In this document: one piece after another, positions 61,485 through 64,000 of the stretch | Layout of the letters: every line of letters begins with the position of its first letter | Numbering within the stretch: position 1 is the first letter of the stretch | Origin: a virus | Lineage: Duplodnaviria > Caudoviricetes | Reading direction: 5' to 3' (one strand) | Virus record (IMG/VR): IMGVR_UViG_3300021387_000573 | Span: 32,001-96,000 of that record | DNA: 64,000 bases | Program-made: the position numbers and the translations under genes | Notes under the pieces: generated by a model | Database searches by the model: none | The model's input: only the letters and a program-made list of their open reading frames with translations | What the model was told of the DNA's origin: nothing

Positions 61485-62165
61485 TTGAACATCGGAAAGA
61501 AAAGCAAAATTTTGCTAATTGTATTATTCTCTGCCGCCGTATTAACGCGATTGCTAACGGGAGGGAGTAGTACATTGCCGGATAAGAATGCAAGCAATGC
61601 CAGCCCGCCAGAGGAACAGATTACTCCAAACTTAGCAGATAAAAATATCGTTGAGGCAACCGACACGCCTGCAACGGAGAACCTATCGCTTAAAAAGAAC
61701 ATCGTGATTTTAAAAATGCTTGATGAAACCGGACGCCAGGGCACAAAAGGAAGACTGGTTTTTGATAATACTGACTTCAGTGTAGCTATTTTTGAAAGCG
61801 ATCAGTATGAGGGGCCAGATGCTCAGGTGATCGTCAACGCAACAGATAGTGCTGTGTGGTTTATGTGGTTTGGAAGTCAATCGCCAATCATAGCTGATCA
61901 TTGCAATCAGGGATTCGATATCATCAAAGAGTGTGAACCTGGTGATATCTGTTACATAATTGACGGAGATAACTATCAAAAATATGTGTGTGTCGGCGTT
62001 GATCCGGACGGAATCAACGAAAGAGACAACATGTACCTTTCGTCTGGATACAACTTTATGCGAGACAATGATCCCGGTTTTTTGTACATGTACACATGCA
62101 GCAAAGAAGGAGACTCATATCACATCACGGTTGCTATCTGGACGCCGGTAGAAGAAGACGAATAA
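61485..62165 (+). CDS. Membrane-anchored sortase-fold protein
   Basis: N-terminal TM helix; IIADH...GF..I...PGD; LYMYTC (TLxTC-like). Confidence 0.55.
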   Translation: MNIGKKSKILLIVLFSAAVLTRLLTGGSSTLPDKNASNASPPEEQITPNLADKNIVEATDTPATENLSLKKNIVILKMLDETGRQGTKGRLVFDNTDFSVAIFESDQYEGPDAQVIVNATDSAVWFMWFGSQSPIIADHCNQGFDIIKECEPGDICYIIDGDNYQKYVCVGVDPDGINERDNMYLSSGYNFMRDNDPGFLYMYTCSKEGDSYHITVAIWTPVEEDE

Positions 62166-64000
62166 AAGAGGGTTGTTATCATGAGAATTGAACTTATCTC
62201 GGGCCGTGAAGGTTGCTGCATTGCGGTGAATGACACCAGGATCGCAGGGCCAAAGCCTTGGGGTGGTGGCAGAGTGTTGCATTCTTGGGAGGTAGGGCCT
62301 TACGGTATATGCGATCTTGCCGAAATCTGCAACAAAGAGATCGAAGAGATGCGTAAGAAAGAGGAGAAGAGTTATGGCGAAGAATTTGTCGCCAATCACT
62401 ACTTCGTTTGAGCTGCAATGAAAACACTCAGAGTGCTTTTGACTCGCCATCTTGCGAGCAACTGCAACAATTTCAGCCATGTGGAATCGAAAGTCATCGA
62501 GATCCCATTGCTGCCGTATCTCGGTTACATGCTCGAAAATGAAAGCGGTTGGACGGTTCAAGAGGCGAAAGTGATAGATAACAACTACCAAACTGTTGGT
62601 ACTAATTGTGTGAATAAAAACGGAGTTTGATTATGCAATTTTGTAAAGTGTGGAAGGACATTTCAGAATCACTTAGAAAAGGCGATATCAGGAGAGAGAA
62701 CCAGCTTGCCGCAGCGGATGCGATTGATTATCTGATTCAGTTGCACAAAGAGGATACGCAAGAGGTAGTCAGACTGACAAATCTTTGCCATGAAATGGAG
62801 AATAGAATGATTCTCAAGTATAACGTCGGCGATGAGATCAGCTTCAATATCAAAGGGCGCATAAAGCGCATCGACATTGAAAATGGGATCTGCTATACGG
62901 TCATCGTCAATGACGGGAACGGAAGAGAAACTTATCTCTACCTCGATGACGATCTTATGCCCCGAAAGGATTGAAATGAAGATCACAATTGAAACGGATT
63001 CCATTTGTGATAAGCGCCGCAATCTCGTTGATGCGATTGTGGGCGTGGCAATTGGTATGAGATATTGCCCCGGCGTGTTTGGATGGAAAACGAATCCAAA
63101 TCTGTCTCAGAACAATTGCAGTTCTGATGACTGTATTAGGTGCTGGAGCTACGCCAAAGCGAAAGCGCTGGCAGATCAGGAATGAAACGGAGCTTTGATT
63201 ATGACGATTGAACAGGAACTTGCAGCTTTGCAAGCATTTCTCGGTCCCTGGCAGCAAACCAGAGAAGAAAAGCATAAATATTCAGAAGATTGTTTTTTCT
63301 TCGAGGAAGATCAGGACATGAACGCAACGCTCCCTTATTGTGCTTATCAGCATGATGTGTATCCTCGCGGCTGTTGCAAAACATGTAAACAGTATGTGAG
63401 TAAGCAGCAAGCACGAGACTTGGTTCTTGCGTATGTCAGCAGGAAAGGAAGAACAGCCGATTAACGATTTCAGATTCGATTTCGACCTGTTCCTTCAGAT
63501 CGCAAAAGAATACGGCGCTGAGATCTGCGAATGTGAATCAGGAGAAGGCGGCATCTTCGTCCAAGGGAAGCGTGTAACAGGCAAGGACATTTTTGCCATG
63601 AAAGATTGTTATGGACCAGAGTTATGTGAGCGCTGCATCTGGAAACGAAACGGAGGCTGTTCCGAATGGAATGGCATAAAGGAGACTCCTGAATACTATG
63701 GGTGAACAGGCAACACAATGCGAACTGTACGCAATCCCGGAAAACGGTGGACAGCCTGTAAAGATAAACGGCATTGCCACTCTTTCCGAGATCCAGTTTG
63801 GAGACAACTCGTATGAAAACGAACAGTTCATATGGTGCGATATGATGTCGGAGGCAAGCTTCTCGATCGAAATGACAAATGATTCATCCAGAATCCTAAA
63901 CAGATTTGCCAGGAGAGTGCGTCGCTATTTGAGACGGCACGAGCAGCAGGCGAAAAGAAAGAAAAAGAAAGGAAACCACAGATGATTATTACGTTGCTTA

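Larger units (their letters stand above)
59262..63985 (+). other. Third array of small accessory genes
   Basis: ORFs 59262-59552, 59553-59945, 59946-60200, 60204-60398, 60870-61217, 62181-62411, 62418-62630, 62633-62974, 62976-63185, 63201-63464, 63460-63705, 63698-63985. Confidence 0.6.

Overview
This is a 64-kb segment of a large, probably temperate, SPbeta-like tailed phage; a Firmicutes (Clostridia-type) host is inferred. Positions 1-21220 are on the minus strand. They hold a YonO-like single-subunit RNA polymerase, a tRNA(CAU), a beta-CASP nuclease, ClpP, a metallophosphoesterase, HU, terminase, portal, prohead protease/scaffold, major capsid and neck genes, with two Zn-ribbon/PD-(D/E)xK endonucleases inserted. 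Positions 21220-23700 are a mostly non-coding strand switch with iteron-like repeats and an RHH regulator. Positions 23741-64000 are a plus-strand accessory/early arm of roughly 100 small genes. This arm contains a SAM-lyase-like first gene, a pistol and a twister ribozyme, Thg1, a tyrosine recombinase-MazF-MrpR-like module, an 8-tRNA array with structured spacers, ImmR/ImmA, a split and circularly permuted C5 DNA methyltransferase, an RNA ligase plus kinase/HD enzyme, a tRNA-like ncRNA and a sortase-like gene. The most unexpected signal is an 18-bp palindrome, ATNAAA-N6-TTTNAT, found at about 25 gene junctions of the accessory arm; it may mark cassette boundaries or protein-binding sites. A conserved promoter/operator box, CTGTTGACAAATGYAA, occurs in 9 copies. 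All calls come from reading motifs by eye; no database searches were run.
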